A program made the translations under genes and the position numbers. The notes under the pieces were generated by a model. It made no database searches. It saw only the letters and a program-made list of their open reading frames with translations, and was not told where the DNA came from. Of a stretch of DNA of 64,000 nt, positions 1 through 10,430 are shown in pieces. Source of the DNA: Nitrospirota bacterium (GTDB lineage: Bacteria > Nitrospirota > UBA9217); contig CAWJQQ010000009.1 in the NCBI GenBank assembly GCA_963845065.1, positions 480,001-544,000 on the forward strand. Direction: 5' to 3'. The number at the start of each line of letters is the position of its first letter. Within the stretch, counting starts at the first letter, position 1.

Positions 1-411
1 CGTTTCGCCGCCTATCAGCGCGCAGCCAGCCTGCCTGCAGCCCTCGGCAATGCCCTTGACAATGTCCGAGTGTTCCTCAGGTTTGAGCTTGCTTGTGGCC
101 AAATAATCAAGGAAGAACAGTGGTTCCGCGCCTTGGACGATAATGTCATTGACGCACATTGCCACGAGGTCGATACCGATGGTATCGTGTTTGTTCGTGA
201 GGAAGGCGATCTTAAGTTTGGTGCCTACGCCATCGGTTCCAGAGACGAGTACGGGGTCCTTGCACTTTTTTAGCGCAAACAGGGCGCCGAATCCGCCTAT
301 ATGTGTCATGACCTCGGGCCGGAAAGTGGATTTTACAAAAGGTTTTATCTTCTGGACAAAAAGGTTTCCGGCGTCGATGTCAACACCAGCATCTTTGTAA
401 GTGATGGCCAT
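1..411 (-). CDS. purM: Phosphoribosylformylglycinamidine cyclo-ligase (AIR synthetase), N-terminal part; runs off the window
   Basis: Manual minus-strand translation from ATG at 411: [19 protein letters not shown]...GGFGALF...[15 protein letters not shown]...[25 protein letters not shown]. Confidence 0.95.
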   Translation of the reverse strand, partial: MAITYKDAGVDIDAGNLFVQKIKPFVKSTFRPEVMTHIGGFGALFALKKCKDPVLVSGTDGVGTKLKIAFLTNKHDTIGIDLVAMCVNDIIVQGAEPLFFLDYLATSKLKPEEHSDIVKGIAEGCRQAGCALIGGET

Positions 412-519
412 GGTGGTTCCCTTCTCAATTTTTCGACGATAGTACCTAGAATAGACGTATCTGTCAACTGGTTTTCAGAGGTGAGGATGGATGCGACGCC
501 CCGCATTTGTGCGGCGCCT

Positions 520-978
520 TTACCGGGCTTTTTGCTGGATTTCCTTGACAGTAGCGTTATTCAACAGTTTCATGAACTGGGGGTTTGCAGTAAGTTCGGA
601 GATGTTGCCATCGTTGACGGCCTTCATAATCTTGGGATCTTCAAGGATTTTTTTGAAATCTGGGTTGTCCTGAAGCGACTGGATCAGACCCATGATTTCC
701 TTGTCGCTCAACATCTTTTCCTGTATTGCCCTGGTATCTTGGGCCGACGGGGTGTTTGTGCCAGAAGACATTGAATGGATCGCGCGGATCTTCGATTCTT
801 CGAGCTTGATGGTGCCGAGACTTTCTGACTTGATGACGTAAATACCATTGTTGAGTGACAACACCTCACCGGTGATTGTGCTACCATCAATGAGCTCGAT
901 CACCCGCACTTCGCCAGCGATAGTATTTTGAACGAGTAGAAATATCAACAGAGGAATGCTCAATAGAATCAGGCGCAT
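520..978 (-). CDS. Hypothetical exported protein
   Basis: 152 aa ORF with an N-terminal signal-peptide-like hydrophobic stretch and a C-terminal DP/NP-rich helical part. Confidence 0.7.
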   Translation of the reverse strand: MRLILLSIPLLIFLLVQNTIAGEVRVIELIDGSTITGEVLSLNNGIYVIKSESLGTIKLEESKIRAIHSMSSGTNTPSAQDTRAIQEKMLSDKEIMGLIQSLQDNPDFKKILEDPKIMKAVNDGNISELTANPQFMKLLNNATVKEIQQKAR

Positions 979-1555
979 GATAAACTCCGGGATGAAACAT
1001 CATTCATAGAAGAGAAGATTATGCTAATTTAAGTGATCTGTCAAGTTAGAAGGTCACTGTAGTTTTTATTTGGCAATTACCTGATTTATCAGTATAATTT
1101 AAATATTCTTAACCATTTTACTTTTGCCGAAAAAAGAGTTGAAGGATGCGTATGCAGAGGAGTAAAGCAGATTCCTCAAAATTGTTCACTCTATTTCAAA
1201 CTTGACACCCAACGATTTTGAGATACACTTCTAGTATCTATCGATTTAATTTGAAGAGTTGCCTTGTTGTTTCCCAATCCGTACTGTCTCATTTTTCAGG
1301 GAAGACAGTAAATCGATTATAGTGATGTAAATAATCGTTCAGATATTCACACTTTCTAAAATTATTCAATTGCGAGTATCAGGTTTTTCATGCTGGACTT
1401 TGGAAAATGGCGGTTCTGAATTTTTAACCAGAGACCGGCGGAATTCTGATTAAGTATCAGGGAATGGAAAGCGGTTTATGTTAAGCAGTGGACGAAAATT
1501 TGAGTAGTACTCAGGGCCTATCAGAAACTATGATACCAAAAGGCAAGGAGGGATT

Positions 1556-2704
1556 GTGATGTGTGCGACCCCAAAAAAGGATAAAATCCCCTGGAACTCA
1601 AGCCAAACCATACCAATCGATGATGCGGTTGGTATGGTCCTTGCTCATGATATTACTGAGGTCCGGAAGGACGAATTTAAGGGCAGGGCGTTTAAAAAGG
1701 GCCACATCATCCGCCGCGAGGACATCACCCATCTTCGTAGGCTCGGGAAAGAACATCTCTTTGTCCTGTCAATCGGAACTGACGAGATGCACGAGAATGA
1801 TGCAGCTGCTGCGCTTGCCGTAGCACTCATGGGGCAAGGTGTCCGCATCGAGGGTGAACCGAAAGAAGGCAAGATCAATATCGTCGCAGACCGCGATGGA
1901 CTGCTCAAGGTAGACCGTGATGCATTGCTTTCACTAAATATGCTTGGCGATGTTATGTGCGCCACTCGACATGGAAACACAGTGGTAAAAAAAGACAGGG
2001 TTATCGCAGGGACCAGAGCCATCCCGCTCGTCGTAAAGAAACACATGATCGACGAAGCAGTAAAGATTTGCGTACGGGCACGGCAATCCGGTGCGGCGGT
2101 TTTAGAAGTTAAGGAACTGCGAAAGCCGAAGGCCGGGATTGTGATAACCGGCAACGAGGTCTATGAAGGACGGATCAAGGATGCTTTCGCGCCGGTGATC
2201 TCCAAAAAGATCGAAGCGGCCAAAGGCGAGACCATCGGTCTCTACTATGCGCCTGACGATGTAGCGGTAATCGAACAGCGTCTACAGGAGCTGTTAAATT
2301 CCGGTGCCGATCTGTTGATAATAACCGGCGGTATGTCTGTCGATCCTGATGACGTCTCACGGTTTGCGATCCGGAACATAGGTGCGAGAGATATCACCTA
2401 CGGAGCTCCGGTACTGCCCGGTTCCATGTTTCTGATTGGGTACATTGATCGAGTTCAGACTACGGAATTAGGAATACAGAATGGAAAGAATTCGAAACCC
2501 GGGACTGGGGGTTCAGAAACAATTCCGGTTCTCGGAATTCCTGCCTGCGGGATGTATCACTCGATCACCATTCTGGACCTCGTCCTGCCGCGCGTTCTTG
2601 CTGGGGAGAAGATCAATAGGAAAGAACTTGCAGAACTCGGCCACGGCGGCCTATGCCTGCACTGCAAGGAATGCCGCTACCCTGTGTGCCCATTCGGGAA
2701 ATAG
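1556..2704 (+). CDS. Molybdopterin-binding (MoeA/MoCF biosynthesis-like) protein with Cys-rich C-terminus
   Basis: GMVLAHDITE, ITGNEV, TGGMSVDPDD and GAPVLPG motifs; C-terminal CxxCxxCxxPxC; RBS AAGGAGG upstream. Confidence 0.85.
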   Translation: MMCATPKKDKIPWNSSQTIPIDDAVGMVLAHDITEVRKDEFKGRAFKKGHIIRREDITHLRRLGKEHLFVLSIGTDEMHENDAAAALAVALMGQGVRIEGEPKEGKINIVADRDGLLKVDRDALLSLNMLGDVMCATRHGNTVVKKDRVIAGTRAIPLVVKKHMIDEAVKICVRARQSGAAVLEVKELRKPKAGIVITGNEVYEGRIKDAFAPVISKKIEAAKGETIGLYYAPDDVAVIEQRLQELLNSGADLLIITGGMSVDPDDVSRFAIRNIGARDITYGAPVLPGSMFLIGYIDRVQTTELGIQNGKNSKPGTGGSETIPVLGIPACGMYHSITILDLVLPRVLAGEKINRKELAELGHGGLCLHCKECRYPVCPFGK

Positions 2705-2773
2705 CAACCGTTCCTGGAATATGGCTTTTTATCCGTAATTGCCATAACGGCAGCCGAACAGTGCTGCTGCCGG

Positions 2774-4498
2774 TTAACGTGAGGGATTCTCGCCCTGATT
2801 CACACAAGCACCTTTTTTACTTCTCGGCAACACGCCTGACGCCTTCCCGATATCGAGTGAACAAAAATCATCGGCAGGTGGCCAGGAGGTGAGCACTGTC
2901 ATTTCACGCAACGATCCATGTTGGGATTCAGCGCTGCCTGTGGAGCCCTGTAAGGGCCGCCTTCTGGAGGAGAGTCCGTCTGTACAGGCACGAACCCCGC
3001 TTTCCTTTGACCTGCGCCAGTATTTCCAGACGTGTTCTCCCCGATTCCTTACAGGTAGGGGAGAGGCGGTTCTGGCCGCCGCAGGCGACTCGGAATATCT
3101 TTGTGCACGTCTCGCGATGATAAGCGCTGCCGCTTCATGCTTCGTGATCCCGTAGCGAGACATATAATTTGCCATTCCAATAACGGACGTAAATGCCGGG
3201 TTTACGGAGAATACCGTAACGCCTGCTTTAAACGCGCGTCGATCGAGCATGGTAAGAAACGATGAATAAGCAAACCCGGAAAGCATCCTGGAATACGTCA
3301 CTCCTTGTTGTTTTAACGATGCCTTCTTTTTGCTGAAATCAAGCGTTTCATGGCTGATCGGCTTGCCGGTAGATGTGGCTCTGGCAACGATCTCTTTACA
3401 GATGTCACCGTAAACAGCCTCCGTCTGGTCAGAAGTCCTGTCTTTTACGCATGCCGGGTACGAGGTGCTCCCTACAAGGTTCCCGAACCGGTCTGACTCG
3501 GAAATAGCGATCTCGTTCTCGTTGACATCAACACCAATACATCCTATTGACCGTGGTTCAAAGGTGACCTGCTCCGGCTTCTTGATTTCAACCGATGTAT
3601 GCAGGTACCATCCCTTTTCATTCCGGACAAAGCGATGCGTAAGTGCCTGCCCGCTGGAGAGCGCCTGTTCAACAACGTCCTGCCCGTATGGATATTTAAT
3701 TTCGGCAACTACGGCATATTTCCCATATCTGGCACAGAGGCGGTTCGGAATGCGGATCCGGAGCGTCCCGTCCATGGACAGCGTGCATGACTGGTTGCCG
3801 GTGCGCTCATCTTTCGATCCGAGGCAAAAGGACTGGGACCCACGCGCCTTCTTCCAGTCCGCCCTCCATTCATCATGCCCGATATAGCCGTTCTCATAAA
3901 TGGTAAACTGCTTTCGGAACAGTGATTTTGACCCAAAGCATATCCGGACCCGATTGCACTTCAAATCATCGGTAAGCGCCTCCAGTTTAAGCTCGAGCGC
4001 ATGAAGCTTTCTCCTCTTCTGGTGGAGGGCGTAGCGGATATCATGTATCTGCTGGTCACGCACAGGCTTGGGTAAATCCACGCCTTTTTTCAGGCGGCCA
4101 ATCTTTGATTCCCTGCCCTCTATCCATTCTTTGACGGATTTTACGCTGTTTCTTGTATCCTCTATGCGTTTCTTCAGGACTTCCACAGCGGAGCTTATAT
4201 TGCCGTCAAGGTCATATCTGATTGCATTGAATTGCCGCGCGGTGATCCCGAATCTCAGCAAATATGCGTTTTTGAATGACAGGGGTTTTTTGCCGGTAGC
4301 CATGAAGTCCTTGAACAAAGACCTCTTGATGTGCCCATACATGCTGCCGATTTCATCGAGAACGCCATACAATGAAATGAAAGCACCCGCGAGGACTCTA
4401 TCCTGTAATAAAGTACAGGCGGTAAAAGAAAGGACATCGCTGCCCTGCCCGTTGCCGCCTTTCCTGCTTTTTGAGAAGTTTTTGCTACTTGCCATCAT
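2774..4498 (-). CDS. tnpB: IS607-associated TnpB-like RNA-guided nuclease (large, atypical)
   Basis: RuvC-I IGVDVN, RuvC-II ISHETLDF, VNPAFTS, HEAAALIIARR; directly downstream of IS607 tnpA. Confidence 0.85.
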   Translation of the reverse strand: MMASSKNFSKSRKGGNGQGSDVLSFTACTLLQDRVLAGAFISLYGVLDEIGSMYGHIKRSLFKDFMATGKKPLSFKNAYLLRFGITARQFNAIRYDLDGNISSAVEVLKKRIEDTRNSVKSVKEWIEGRESKIGRLKKGVDLPKPVRDQQIHDIRYALHQKRRKLHALELKLEALTDDLKCNRVRICFGSKSLFRKQFTIYENGYIGHDEWRADWKKARGSQSFCLGSKDERTGNQSCTLSMDGTLRIRIPNRLCARYGKYAVVAEIKYPYGQDVVEQALSSGQALTHRFVRNEKGWYLHTSVEIKKPEQVTFEPRSIGCIGVDVNENEIAISESDRFGNLVGSTSYPACVKDRTSDQTEAVYGDICKEIVARATSTGKPISHETLDFSKKKASLKQQGVTYSRMLSGFAYSSFLTMLDRRAFKAGVTVFSVNPAFTSVIGMANYMSRYGITKHEAAALIIARRAQRYSESPAAARTASPLPVRNRGEHVWKYWRRSKESGVRACTDGLSSRRRPLQGSTGSAESQHGSLREMTVLTSWPPADDFCSLDIGKASGVLPRSKKGACVNQGENPSR

Positions 4499-5054
4499 TC
4501 ATAGCCTCAATCGCCTTTTTTGCTTTATTAGCTGCGGACCTCCGTCCATACAGTCTTGCGCAAAATGACGTCAACACCTCTATCATATCCTGCACAAGAT
4601 CGTCTTTAAGCTCCGTCTGGTCCATAATGATAAGCTTTCTGTCCTGAGCGCGAAGCGATGACTCAACATATTCAGATCCGAACCTCATCAGCCGATCGCG
4701 ATGTTCGACAACGATAATACTTACCGTCGAATCTGCCAAAAGCTTCATGAGTTTCGGCCTGTGCCCGTTCAGGCCAGAACCGACTTCCGTAACGGCCATG
4801 GTAACCGCCAATTTCTGCGATGCGGCAAACTGTGACAGCCGTCCGATTTGCGCATCCAGGTCTTTTTTCTGGTCATGGCTTGATACTCTGGCATAAAGAG
4901 CTGCGTTCCCTGTTGCAGTTGCCTTTTGCTCTTTGATGATGATAGTGCCAGACGGCATCTGTTCCGCTTCAACCGGAAGTTTGCCTGCCTTCCACCAGTT
5001 CCATGCCGCTTTATAGGTAATTCCCTGCTGTTTGGCCCATACGCTTAATTTCAT
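4485..5054 (-). CDS. tnpA: IS607-family transposase (MerR-like HTH + serine recombinase)
   Basis: MKLSVWAKQQG HTH, YARVSS catalytic motif, EHRDRLMRFG, FCARLYGRRS. Confidence 0.95.
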   Translation of the reverse strand: MKLSVWAKQQGITYKAAWNWWKAGKLPVEAEQMPSGTIIIKEQKATATGNAALYARVSSHDQKKDLDAQIGRLSQFAASQKLAVTMAVTEVGSGLNGHRPKLMKLLADSTVSIIVVEHRDRLMRFGSEYVESSLRAQDRKLIIMDQTELKDDLVQDMIEVLTSFCARLYGRRSAANKAKKAIEAMNDGK

Positions 5055-5164
5055 GAATACTATTATAGCATATTATTCTACAATATGCCACTTAATAGAG
5101 AACAGTTATCAACCCGCCACTCGTCGCAAAACGTAGTGTTTGGATACAATAACCCACTTCAAAT

Positions 5165-5205
5165 TGATAAAGGCTTTCGGCTGAGTGCCTTTATCATTTT
5201 TTTTT
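5165..5205 (+). terminator. Intrinsic terminator
   Basis: TGATAAAGGC/GCCTTTATCA stem followed by a 9-T run. Confidence 0.75.
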
Positions 5206-5336
5206 GAACAAGGTTACTGTCCGGTATGTGAGCCGTGGCATCCGGTCTTGCCGCCTGCACTCAAGTTGCAGGTCGTGACGTTGGAATCCACAGTACTAAT
5301 GATCGTTGTTGTGAATGGCTTCCGTATTTTCCAAGG

Positions 5337-5741
5337 CTAGGTGTCAGCCGATAAAGCATTGTAACTGCATATCATTTCCTGCATAATTATAGTAATCTGT
5401 CTGGCTTTTTTCTGAGGACCTCGATCCAATGCTGCAAGGAGCGGTTCACAAAAATACCACGTACATTTGAAAGGCCTAAGCCACCGCGGCAAAATGCAGC
5501 CCCAGGGGCCCATCGCTTCGCATGGACCTTCCAGCGGCCTTGCCGTATCTCTCAGAGGGATGGCAACCTCAAGAGCCCTCAGATACCGGATGTCTCTCTC
5601 ACGATAGAGACCATGCTTTTGCCGGCAGCAAACATCGGTGCAGCTGGGGCAGACGTCGGCAGTGTATTCCTCGATCATCGGAGAAGATTCGATAAGCAGT
5701 AACTTCAGCTTTTTCGCGAGATCAAAATGATTGACCATCAT
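5337..5741 (-). CDS. Cys-rich hypothetical protein (zinc/Fe-S cluster-like), last gene of the cox operon
   Basis: CPSCTDVCC...GPC...GC...RPFKCTWYFC; overlaps the cyoE stop by 4 nt. Confidence 0.7.
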   Translation of the reverse strand: MMVNHFDLAKKLKLLLIESSPMIEEYTADVCPSCTDVCCRQKHGLYRERDIRYLRALEVAIPLRDTARPLEGPCEAMGPWGCILPRWLRPFKCTWYFCEPLLAALDRGPQKKARQITIIMQEMICSYNALSADT

Positions 5742-6607
5742 AACACATGAAGGAATATGTTATCAGCAGACAGAAGCGACATGAGCAGAAATAAGTATAT
5801 ATTTATGTTCCTGAAGAGAACGGAAGAAGGGGACAACAATGGTTGAAGTGTTGTTAGGGACCGTTCGCTCCATATGAGCCATATTGCCAACATTATGAAT
5901 GAACAAAAGACCAGCGGAGACCGCACAGATCCATAAAGCGGAAGGGCAAGGCTCGCGATCGCTGCAGCAACGATCCAGACGAATGTGATCCTGGCGATCT
6001 GCGGCTTTTTTAACACCTTGGTGAGTGATGGCAGGCCGGCTTGTTCATATTGTTCTCCATAGTTGAGGACAAGAAGCCAGAAATGCGGCACCTGCCAGAG
6101 GAAAAAAAGAAAGCAGATTGCAGTGAGACGTCCATCGGATATCGCCCCGCCTGCAGCAATCCATCCGATGGCAGGAGGAATGACCCCGACAAGTGCTCCG
6201 GGTACGGAAGCAAACGCCGTTACCCTTTTAAGATAAGTATAGACACCGTTATACCAGAGAAGGGCAACGAGACCCAGGACAAATGCTTTTGCGCCCCCAG
6301 CATAGGCAAGAAGGAACTCTCCACTCATCAACAATACCACGCAAAGAGATAATGCCCGCGCAGGCGTTAGGACGCCGGCCGGAAGAGGCCGCAAACGTGT
6401 TCTTTCCATCTTCGCGTCGATGTCTCTCTCTTGATGTTGATTTAATGCTGATGCCCCGCAAGCCAAAAGGAAGACAGACGTTACAGTAAGCAGAACATCT
6501 GGAATCCGGTGATAAGAAAAAAGGAAAAAACCCGTTGCCGCAGAACAGGCTGCAAACAGGGAGAGATGAACACGGCACAAGACGAGATATGATTTCCAGA
6601 TTGACAT
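5738..6607 (-). CDS. cyoE: Protoheme IX farnesyltransferase (heme o synthase)
   Basis: ERDIDAKMERTRLRPLP, YTYLKR, WQVPHFW. Confidence 0.93.
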   Translation of the reverse strand: MSIWKSYLVLCRVHLSLFAACSAATGFFLFSYHRIPDVLLTVTSVFLLACGASALNQHQERDIDAKMERTRLRPLPAGVLTPARALSLCVVLLMSGEFLLAYAGGAKAFVLGLVALLWYNGVYTYLKRVTAFASVPGALVGVIPPAIGWIAAGGAISDGRLTAICFLFFLWQVPHFWLLVLNYGEQYEQAGLPSLTKVLKKPQIARITFVWIVAAAIASLALPLYGSVRSPLVFCSFIMLAIWLIWSERSLTTLQPLLSPSSVLFRNINIYLFLLMSLLSADNIFLHVL

Positions 6608-6715
6608 TTTGGCAGTCAGCCCTCAATACAATCGTTCGGAGGTAGCACTATCACAATCCCGATAGGTACGCGAGAGTTCCCTCCTTGAGAGGCGGTGGAA
6701 AGGGAATACGATCAA

Positions 6716-7681
6716 TTATTTTAAAGATTTTATGTACGCGATAATCTCATTTATCTCTTTGTCAGTCAGTTGTCCCTGCTGCGATGGCATGATCGGCGGG
6801 AAGCCCTTGACCCGGTCGATCTCCGGGTGCAGAAGCGTTTGTTTGATGAATGCCTCATCGACGGTGATCTGCCGTTCCTGACCACTGCGGATTACAGTTT
6901 CCTGCTTCCCGAAGACTCCTTTGAAGGACGGTCCAATCTTCGGGGTTCCGTCCGTAGTATGACACGCGACGCATCCTTTAACCTGAAAGAGTCGTGCGCC
7001 CTCGTCGGGAACAGGAATCCCAGTTTTTTTTGTAGCAGCATTAACGGCAGATTTCGTTTCCCCCGCCTCAGCCTTTTCCTGTTTGCCCGAGTACCAGTCA
7101 TCGAAATCCTTCTGTGTCATGACCTCGACTTTTGTGATCATGGCTGAATGCCCAACACCGCAGTACTCGGCGCAGAAGAGGTCGTAGGAACCGAGCTGAT
7201 CCGGCAGGAACCATAAGTGCGTCTCCATGCCCGGCACAGCGTCTTCCTTGATATGGTAGGCGGGTATGAAGAGGCTGTGGAGCACGTCGGCTGAGGTGAT
7301 CAGGAGCTTGATCGGCTTTCTAATTGGCACCTTCAGCGTGTTGGTCTCCTTACCGTTGTCATAGTCGAAAGTCCATGACCACTGTCGGGCAATGACCTTT
7401 ATGGGCATGGCATCGGGTGGGGCCGTGCGCATATACACGAAGCCTTTCCATCCCACGTAGAACATCGCAAGGACCAGGATGGTGGGAATCACGGTCCAGA
7501 TGATTTCGAGCGACATGTTCTCCTTCACTTCCTCGGCTTGAGGATGGCGCTTCTTGCTATACCGGAACACGAAGTAAAGCATTACGCCGGTGTTTAGGGC
7601 CAGGAGCGTCAGGGAAATGCCCAGGATAAAGAAGAACGTGTCGTCCGCGGGGTTAGACATGTTTGGCCAACCGGTTACCAT
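6716..7681 (-). CDS. coxB: Cytochrome c oxidase subunit II with C-terminal cytochrome c domain
   Basis: CuA motif DVLHS...CAEYCGVGHSAM; heme c motif CVACH. Confidence 0.95.
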   Translation of the reverse strand: MVTGWPNMSNPADDTFFFILGISLTLLALNTGVMLYFVFRYSKKRHPQAEEVKENMSLEIIWTVIPTILVLAMFYVGWKGFVYMRTAPPDAMPIKVIARQWSWTFDYDNGKETNTLKVPIRKPIKLLITSADVLHSLFIPAYHIKEDAVPGMETHLWFLPDQLGSYDLFCAEYCGVGHSAMITKVEVMTQKDFDDWYSGKQEKAEAGETKSAVNAATKKTGIPVPDEGARLFQVKGCVACHTTDGTPKIGPSFKGVFGKQETVIRSGQERQITVDEAFIKQTLLHPEIDRVKGFPPIMPSQQGQLTDKEINEIIAYIKSLK

Positions 7682-7748
7682 AAGATCACCTTTGGTGACA
7701 TTCAGAGTTCATAGATTGGAGTTCCTAGTTCAGAGTACACCTAATGTA

Positions 7749-8033
7749 TCAACGGTACCAGATATCGACAAACGTCAGTGTGATGATGATCGAAATCGTC
7801 ATCAGCGGAATGAAAAACATCAGCTTGAACAACCTTTTTTCGTATTTCAGGTGCATGAAGAACCAGAGCACGAGGCTCGCCTTGACCGAGGCGATGGCGA
7901 TATTGGCGACCATGCTCCATTCGCCCATCTGCATTTGAGCGGCCTTGATCGTCAGACCCGTAAGGCACAATAGCGCTATCCAGACGAAAATGAAGGTTTT
8001 TGTTCCGACAAGGTGACTCTTGCTCTCTTCCAT
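7749..8033 (-). CDS. Cytochrome c oxidase subunit IV family protein
   Basis: KASLVLWFFMHLKYE motif; three TM segments; ATG at 8033 preceded by GAGGA. Confidence 0.9.
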   Translation of the reverse strand: MEESKSHLVGTKTFIFVWIALLCLTGLTIKAAQMQMGEWSMVANIAIASVKASLVLWFFMHLKYEKRLFKLMFFIPLMTISIIITLTFVDIWYR

Positions 8034-8075
8034 AGGGTCCTCAGTCTTCCTGTGGCGCCGCCCCAAAAGTGGCCC

Positions 8076-8687
8076 TTACAGAATCAGGTAAAACAGCGGG
8101 AACAGGTAAATCCAGATGATGTCCACGATGTGCCAGAAAAGGCCTGTGTTCTCCAATTTTACGTAATCGCTGCTCGATATCTTCCCCCGAAGAGTCAACA
8201 CCAGCATGAACATAATGACGGATATGCCAATAATAACGTGCAGCGCATGGATGCCGGTCATTACATAGTAGAGCCCGAAAAAGAGTATCTTGCCGTGGCT
8301 CATGGCCAAAAGCTCGGGCGAGTCGGGATAGAAGCCGTGGCGGATATGATCACTCCACTCGAAATACTTGTTCACCAGGAACCCAATACCTAGGAGGACT
8401 GTGGCCGCCTGAAGCAGAAGGGAGCGAAATTTCATTCCCTTTTTGATGTTTGAGATCGCCAGGGCCATGGTCAGGCTGCTAGTCAGTAGGATTACAGTGT
8501 TTGCGGCCCCGATAAAAACGTTCATCTCGCGACCGGCTTCGTGGAAGTCCGCTGTGTTCACTTGGCGGTATTCGGCGTAGACCAGGAACATGCCGCCAAA
8601 GAGCAGGACCTCCGTAAACAGGAAGAGCCACATGCCGAGTTTGGCGCCGGAGTAATCGCGGTGTTCGATGTGAGAAGTTTCATTCAT
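8076..8687 (-). CDS. coxC: Cytochrome c oxidase subunit III
   Basis: GMWLFLFTEVLLFGG, TGIHALHV, WHIVDIIWIYLFPLFY. Confidence 0.95.
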   Translation of the reverse strand: MNETSHIEHRDYSGAKLGMWLFLFTEVLLFGGMFLVYAEYRQVNTADFHEAGREMNVFIGAANTVILLTSSLTMALAISNIKKGMKFRSLLLQAATVLLGIGFLVNKYFEWSDHIRHGFYPDSPELLAMSHGKILFFGLYYVMTGIHALHVIIGISVIMFMLVLTLRGKISSSDYVKLENTGLFWHIVDIIWIYLFPLFYLIL

Positions 8688-8777
8688 AAGGATGCCTGCA
8701 TTGTGTAGAGGGCATGGGGTGAAGAGCTCGAAATTAATGAATTCTTTAAATGTTACTCTGCCCTACGCTCTTAAATT

Positions 8778-10364
8778 CTAATTAAATATATACGGCCCTT
8801 TCGTTACTACCGGCTGCGTCTCAAAATTTTCCGTCGGCGGTGGTGATGTGGTTTGCCATTCGAGCGACGCAGCCTCCCATGGATTATTGCCAGCCTTTTC
8901 TCCTGCGAAGAGCGAATGGACCAGGTTATAGAACATGATGATGAGCCCCATGGCAAGTATCCAGGACCCGATCGTTGAAACCAGATTAGGAGTGTTGAAT
9001 TTGGGAAGATAATCATAATAGCGTCGGGGCATGCCTTCCCACCCTAGGACGAACATGGAGAAGTAGAGCATGTTGAAACCGATGAAGAGAAAGACCCAAC
9101 CTAGTTTGGCGAGGTGCTCTTCGTACATCCTTCCAAACATCTTGGGGAACCAGTAGTGGAGGCCAGCGAAGAACCCCATGACTGCGCCGCCGAAAATCAC
9201 GTAGTGGAAGTGGGCTACGATAAAGTAGGTGCCGTGGACATGCACGTCCGTGGCAAGTGCCCCCTGCACTAGTCCGGTCAGACCACCGATGGAGAAAAGG
9301 AAGATGAACCCCAACGTGAACAGGAGTGGTGTATCCACCCTGATCGATCCCTTATACATGCTCGCGATCCAACTGAAGATCTTGACGCCGCTCGGTACGG
9401 CCACGAGGAAAGTGAGAAACGAAAAGACTATTCGTGCCGTGTCGCTCATACCGCTTGTGAACATATGGTGGCCCCAGACAAGGTAGCCCACGAAGGCGAT
9501 GGCAAGGCTCGATGCGGCAATGGCCGTGTAGCCGAAGATGTTCTTACGGCTGAACACAGGGATAATGTCGGTTACTACGCCCATGGCGGGCAGGATCATG
9601 ATGTACACTGCCGGGTGCGAGTAGATCCAAAACATGTGCTCGAAGAGGATCGGGTCGCCGCCCTTGGTCGGGTCAAAGAAGCCCACGCCGAAGAAGCGCT
9701 CGATGATGATGAGAAGCAGCGTGATGGCCAGGACCGGCGTGGCCAGGAGCTGGATCCATGACGTTGCGTAGATCGACCAGGTGAACAGGGTCATGCGCTT
9801 CCAGGTCATGCCGGGCGCCCGCAGGCGGTGGATCGTGGTCAGGAAATTCATGCCCGTGAGCGTGGACGACAGCCCAATCAAAAACACACCAAAGACCGCC
9901 AGTGAGATATTAGTCCCGGTCCTGATGCTGTAGGGAACGTAGAAGGTCCAGCCAGCATCCGGTGGTCCGCCGCCAGTAAAGAGTGATGTGACCGCACAGG
10001 CTGCGCCGCTCATGAAGAGCCACCATGAAAGGATGTTGATCTTCGGGAAGGCAACGTCGCGCGCTCCGATCTGGAGTGGCATGATGAAATTCCCCAGCGA
10101 CGCAGGGATGCCTGGAATGATAAAGAGGAATATCATGATCACACCGTGGAGCGTGAAGATTGCGTTGTAGGTCTGGGCGCTATAGAAGTGCATACCCGAG
10201 CGGATGAGCTCGAGCCGCATGGTTAGCCCCAACGACACGCCTACGGCAAAAAAGCTGAGCGTTGAAATGAGATAGAGCAGCCCAATCCTCTTGTGGTCCG
10301 TGGTGAATATCCAGCCGAAGAGACCGGGGTATCGGGTCGGAGCATTGTAGAAGCTTGTTTCCAT
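8778..10364 (-). CDS. coxA: Cytochrome c oxidase subunit I (A2 type)
   Basis: TDHKRIG, YSHPAVY, VWGHHM, AHFHY, GMPRRY. Confidence 0.97.
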   Translation of the reverse strand: METSFYNAPTRYPGLFGWIFTTDHKRIGLLYLISTLSFFAVGVSLGLTMRLELIRSGMHFYSAQTYNAIFTLHGVIMIFLFIIPGIPASLGNFIMPLQIGARDVAFPKINILSWWLFMSGAACAVTSLFTGGGPPDAGWTFYVPYSIRTGTNISLAVFGVFLIGLSSTLTGMNFLTTIHRLRAPGMTWKRMTLFTWSIYATSWIQLLATPVLAITLLLIIIERFFGVGFFDPTKGGDPILFEHMFWIYSHPAVYIMILPAMGVVTDIIPVFSRKNIFGYTAIAASSLAIAFVGYLVWGHHMFTSGMSDTARIVFSFLTFLVAVPSGVKIFSWIASMYKGSIRVDTPLLFTLGFIFLFSIGGLTGLVQGALATDVHVHGTYFIVAHFHYVIFGGAVMGFFAGLHYWFPKMFGRMYEEHLAKLGWVFLFIGFNMLYFSMFVLGWEGMPRRYYDYLPKFNTPNLVSTIGSWILAMGLIIMFYNLVHSLFAGEKAGNNPWEAASLEWQTTSPPPTENFETQPVVTKGPYIFN

Positions 10365-10430
10365 AGCGAGCGTACCGCCTTAAAGTCTTTTTTACAGTAG
10401 AGAGTTCGGAAGAAAAACCTGAAAAACAAT

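Larger units (their letters stand above)
2708..5114 (-). mobile_element. IS607-family insertion sequence (TnpA serine recombinase + TnpB)
   Basis: Overlapping tnpA-tnpB. On the minus strand the element reads GGttgataac...aggaacGG, consistent with the IS607 GG core. Boundaries inferred by eye. Confidence 0.85.

Noticed and set aside
1425..1555. Possible Moco/Wco riboswitch before the molybdopterin-binding gene (AGGG...GAAAC hairpin near the RBS)
   Set aside because: The GCCTCCC anti-RBS strand and the tetraloop receptor are not recognisable; an Infernal search would be needed.
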